Below are positions 63,801 to 64,000 of a stretch of 64,000 bases of DNA, piece by piece. The position numbers and the translations under genes are program-made. The stretch's first letter is position 1; the number at the start of each line of letters is the position of its first letter. The DNA is from Octopus bimaculoides. Lineage: Eukaryota. Under the pieces are notes generated by a model, which saw nothing but the letters and a program-made list of their open reading frames with translations, was not told the origin of the DNA and made no database searches. The stretch covers positions 16,891,008-16,955,007 of the forward strand of contig NC_069006.1 of the NCBI RefSeq assembly GCF_001194135.2. The letters run 5' to 3'.

Positions 63801-64000
63801 CCACTACCACCACCATTACCATCACCACCACCACCATCACCACCATCATCATTACAAGATTGAGCATTGTATTAATATGTAACTTTTTTTTGTTTTTCTC
63901 TCATAGATATACGAGGTCCAACCATGCAGCAGCCTCCACCTCCACACGGACAAGCTGGCCCCATGGTAGCCCCAAACCAGATGCCTATGATACGACAGGG
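22682..64000 (+). CDS. WDR33: WDR33 pre-mRNA 3'-end processing protein (WD40 subunit of CPSF), 14 coding exons in window, 3'-partial
   Basis: Spliced translation gives hallmark WDR33 motifs: [114 protein letters not shown], then a Pro/Gly/Met-rich tail. All introns GT-AG with matching phases; about 2177 coding nt in window. Confidence 0.98.
24328..24396 (+). CDS. WDR33: WDR33 coding exon 2 ([23 protein letters not shown])
   Basis: tttgcag| ... GGG|gtgag; 69 nt; matches the vertebrate NRIWQRD..RAIQPD segment; not in the ORF track. Confidence 0.95.
25446..25550 (+). CDS. WDR33: WDR33 coding exon 3 ([35 protein letters not shown])
   Basis: ctccacag| ... ACG|gtacgt; 105 nt. Confidence 0.97.
25729..26260 (-). 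mobile_element. RTE LINE RT fragment in WDR33 intron 3
   Basis: [36 protein letters not shown]. Confidence 0.88.
26475..26570 (+). CDS. WDR33: WDR33 coding exon 4 ([32 protein letters not shown])
   Basis: ttattcag| ... CAG|gtaagg; 96 nt. Confidence 0.98.
27465..27715 (-). mobile_element. tRNA-derived SINE, family D (second copy about 32490-32750)
   Basis: Minus-strand head GGAGGCACGTGGCTTAGTGGTTAGG...GGTTTCAATTCC, then TGTTCTTGAGCAAAACACTTCATTTCACATTGCTCCAGTCCACTCAGCTG. Confidence 0.8.
27797..28051. mobile_element. hAT-like MITE related to 5297-5600 (partial relatives about 30161-30420 and 42615-42740)
   Basis: GTGGTTCTCAAC...GGTTGAGAACTACT ends; shared CTTCTACAATACACAAAATATTT core. Confidence 0.7.
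28141..28292 (+). CDS. WDR33: WDR33 coding exon 5 ([13 protein letters not shown]...[10 protein letters not shown]), phase 2
   Basis: ttgttactag| ... AG|gtacgc; 152 nt. Confidence 0.97.
28293..28491 (+). CDS. WDR33: Candidate in-frame intron read-through tail of a truncated WDR33 isoform (V2-like), with hydrophobic segment
   Basis: Frame of exon 5 stays open for 65 more codons past the donor, to TAA at 28489-28491; hydrophobic run [27 protein letters not shown]. Expression not shown. Confidence 0.45.
29265..29612 (-). mobile_element. SINE family A copy
   Basis: Reverse complement of family A. Confidence 0.8.
30637..31019 (+). mobile_element. Near-consensus full-length SINE family A copy
   Basis: Complete head, (GT)n middle and CAAGTAAAA tail. 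Confidence 0.92.
33022..33240 (-). mobile_element. SINE family B copy
   Basis: Reverse complement of family B. Confidence 0.85.
36581..37017. mobile_element. Two abutting piggyBac-like MITEs sharing a TTAA
   Basis: TTAACCATTTAGCATT...AATGCTAAAGGG|TTAA|TCCTTTCGTTAC...GTAACAGAAGGG|TTAA. More copies of the first family near 20140-20323, 24522-24650, 27145-27375, 34189-34410, 38625-38810, 39055-39277, 56675-57045. Confidence 0.8.
37645..38030 (-). mobile_element. Element with tRNA-like head and hammerhead motif plus an inverted partial copy, inserted into a family A SINE
   Basis: Minus strand: tRNA-like 37848-37920, (AAT)n, then CTGATGA-AGGCTG-GAGGGTATAT-CAGCC-GAAAC (37764-37732); 37779-37818 is inverted at 37991-38030. 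Confidence 0.7.
40586..40968. mobile_element. Fold-back MITE-like element, ~180-bp arms
   Basis: AAGAACAAACATT.AATTCAGGTTAACGAACTTTATATATCCA.GCTTTTACACTTCATTACATATAAAT..TACCATGGCTTTCAAATGTCA present in both orientations. Confidence 0.85.
43445..43765 (-). mobile_element. SINE family A copy, diverged but CpG-retaining
   Basis: Reverse complement of family A. Confidence 0.8.
44590..44900. promoter_or_regulatory. Promoter-like motif cluster inside the large intron
   Basis: TGACGTCA (44618-44625), ACTTCCTG ETS site (44638-44645), long CT tract, CpG-retaining surroundings. Confidence 0.4.
48070..48300 (-). mobile_element. Possible CR1/L2-type LINE 3' remnant
   Basis: Minus frame [32 protein letters not shown] weakly resembles the HP..V...TN....FF.RT...WN.LP tail. 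Confidence 0.35.
48938..49800 (+). mobile_element. 3'-truncated mariner (Mos1/Hsmar-type) transposase pseudogene
   Basis: Left TIR TTAGGTCATTCCATAAATAATG after (TA)n; ORF 49117-49611 with HTH and WVPRKL; TGDEKW decayed to IGGKKW; stops, then truncation by a SINE at 49801. Confidence 0.95.
49801..51580 (-). repeat. Head-to-tail cluster of about 7 family C SINEs separated by (AAT)n/(ATT)n
   Basis: Copies about 49801-49850, 49870-50090, 50135-50325, 50610-50815, 50925-51165, 51205-51420, 51435-51580; opposite-strand copy 51700-51870. Confidence 0.85.
52575..53555 (-). mobile_element. Two family A SINE copies (about 52575-52885 and 53213-53555)
   Basis: Reverse complement of family A. Confidence 0.8.
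53737..53834 (+). CDS. WDR33: WDR33 coding exon 6 ([33 protein letters not shown])
   Basis: tttccag| ... G|gttagt; 98 nt; completes the AG|T Ser codon from exon 5. Confidence 0.97.
54546..54672 (+). CDS. WDR33: WDR33 coding exon 7 ([42 protein letters not shown])
   Basis: ttttaag| ... AT|gtaaga; 127 nt. Confidence 0.97.
55860..56014 (+). CDS. WDR33: WDR33 coding exon 8 ([51 protein letters not shown])
   Basis: gctgcag| ... G|gtaagg; 155 nt. Confidence 0.97.
56396..56670. mobile_element. piggyBac-like fold-back MITE with internal telomeric-type (TTAGGG)/(CCCTAA) repeats
   Basis: TTAA on both sides (56392-56395, 56671-56674), right end CCGGG|TTAA, ~65-bp arms, inner AAAAGGGTTTTAGGGTTAGGG / CCCTAACCCTAAAACCCTTTT. 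Confidence 0.85.
57846..57924 (+). CDS. WDR33: WDR33 coding exon 9 ([27 protein letters not shown])
   Basis: tttttcag| ... GG|gtaggt; 79 nt. Confidence 0.96.
58203..58620 (+). mobile_element. Near-consensus family A SINE (gap inside)
   Basis: Matches the 30637-31019 copy. Confidence 0.9.
58825..58935 (+). CDS. WDR33: WDR33 coding exon 10 ([36 protein letters not shown])
   Basis: ttctcag| ... AC|gtaagt; 111 nt. Confidence 0.97.
59335..59920. repeat. Family B SINE parts enclosing a ~26-bp minisatellite (59495-59775)
   Basis: About 10 degenerate GCTTTTATGTGGCACCATCACCAGT units. Confidence 0.75.
59963..60365 (+). mobile_element. SINE family A copy
   Basis: Family A head, body and tail. Confidence 0.85.
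60875..60972 (+). CDS. WDR33: WDR33 coding exon 11 ([32 protein letters not shown])
   Basis: ttttaaaaag| ... G|gtaagg; 98 nt. Confidence 0.95.
61484..61625. repeat. ~20-bp degenerate tandem repeat
   Basis: About 7 GCCCTCAAGTGTCCTTCTGG(CA/TG)-like units. Confidence 0.75.
62376..62450 (+). CDS. WDR33: WDR33 coding exon 12 ([25 protein letters not shown])
   Basis: ctccag| ... G|gtaact; 75 nt, phase 1-1; LPGMG corresponds to the vertebrate IPGMG motif; not in the ORF track. Confidence 0.88.
62500..62710 (-). mobile_element. RTE-like RT fragment in WDR33 intron 12
   Basis: [42 protein letters not shown]. Confidence 0.8.
62890..63483 (+). CDS. WDR33: WDR33 coding exon 13 (ELSSLSCG...IPGLDW...[17 protein letters not shown]...Pro/Met/Gly-rich)
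   Basis: tttccag| ... A|gtaagt; 594 nt. Confidence 0.93.
63680..63860. repeat. (CAT/CAC)n low-complexity tract in intron 13
   Basis: Direct inspection. Confidence 0.9.
63907..64000 (+). CDS. WDR33: WDR33 coding exon 14, partial ([31 protein letters not shown]...)
   Basis: ctctcatag| in phase 1; Pro/Gln/Met-rich frame open to the window edge. Confidence 0.85.

Overview
AT-rich, repeat-dense animal genomic DNA with 8 assembly gaps. The SINE, MITE and microsatellite content suggests a cephalopod (Octopus-like); this is inferred, not searched. One protein-coding gene is clearly supported: WDR33 (the WD40 subunit of CPSF that reads AAUAAA), + strand. I spliced 14 coding exons by hand from 22682 to the window edge; all introns are GT-AG and all phases are consistent. 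A probable non-coding first exon/promoter lies near 3.7-4.0 kb. Twelve coding introns are 0.4-1.9 kb, but the one after coding exon 5 is 25.4 kb. It sits at the position of human WDR33 intron 6, whose read-through and intronic polyadenylation give the membrane-bound, STING-regulating V2 isoform. Here it also reads through in frame into a 65-codon tail with a hydrophobic TM-like segment, followed by tandem AATAAA. The same intron holds candidate alternative exons and a CpG-retaining, promoter-like island. The rest is TE debris: tRNA-SINEs, RTE/CR1 LINE pieces, Penelope remnants with hammerhead ribozyme motifs, a Helitron piece, two mariners, hAT and piggyBac-like MITEs, a 3.5-kb long-TIR element and several fold-back hairpins. 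Repeat boundaries are approximate; WDR33 exon boundaries were counted base by base.
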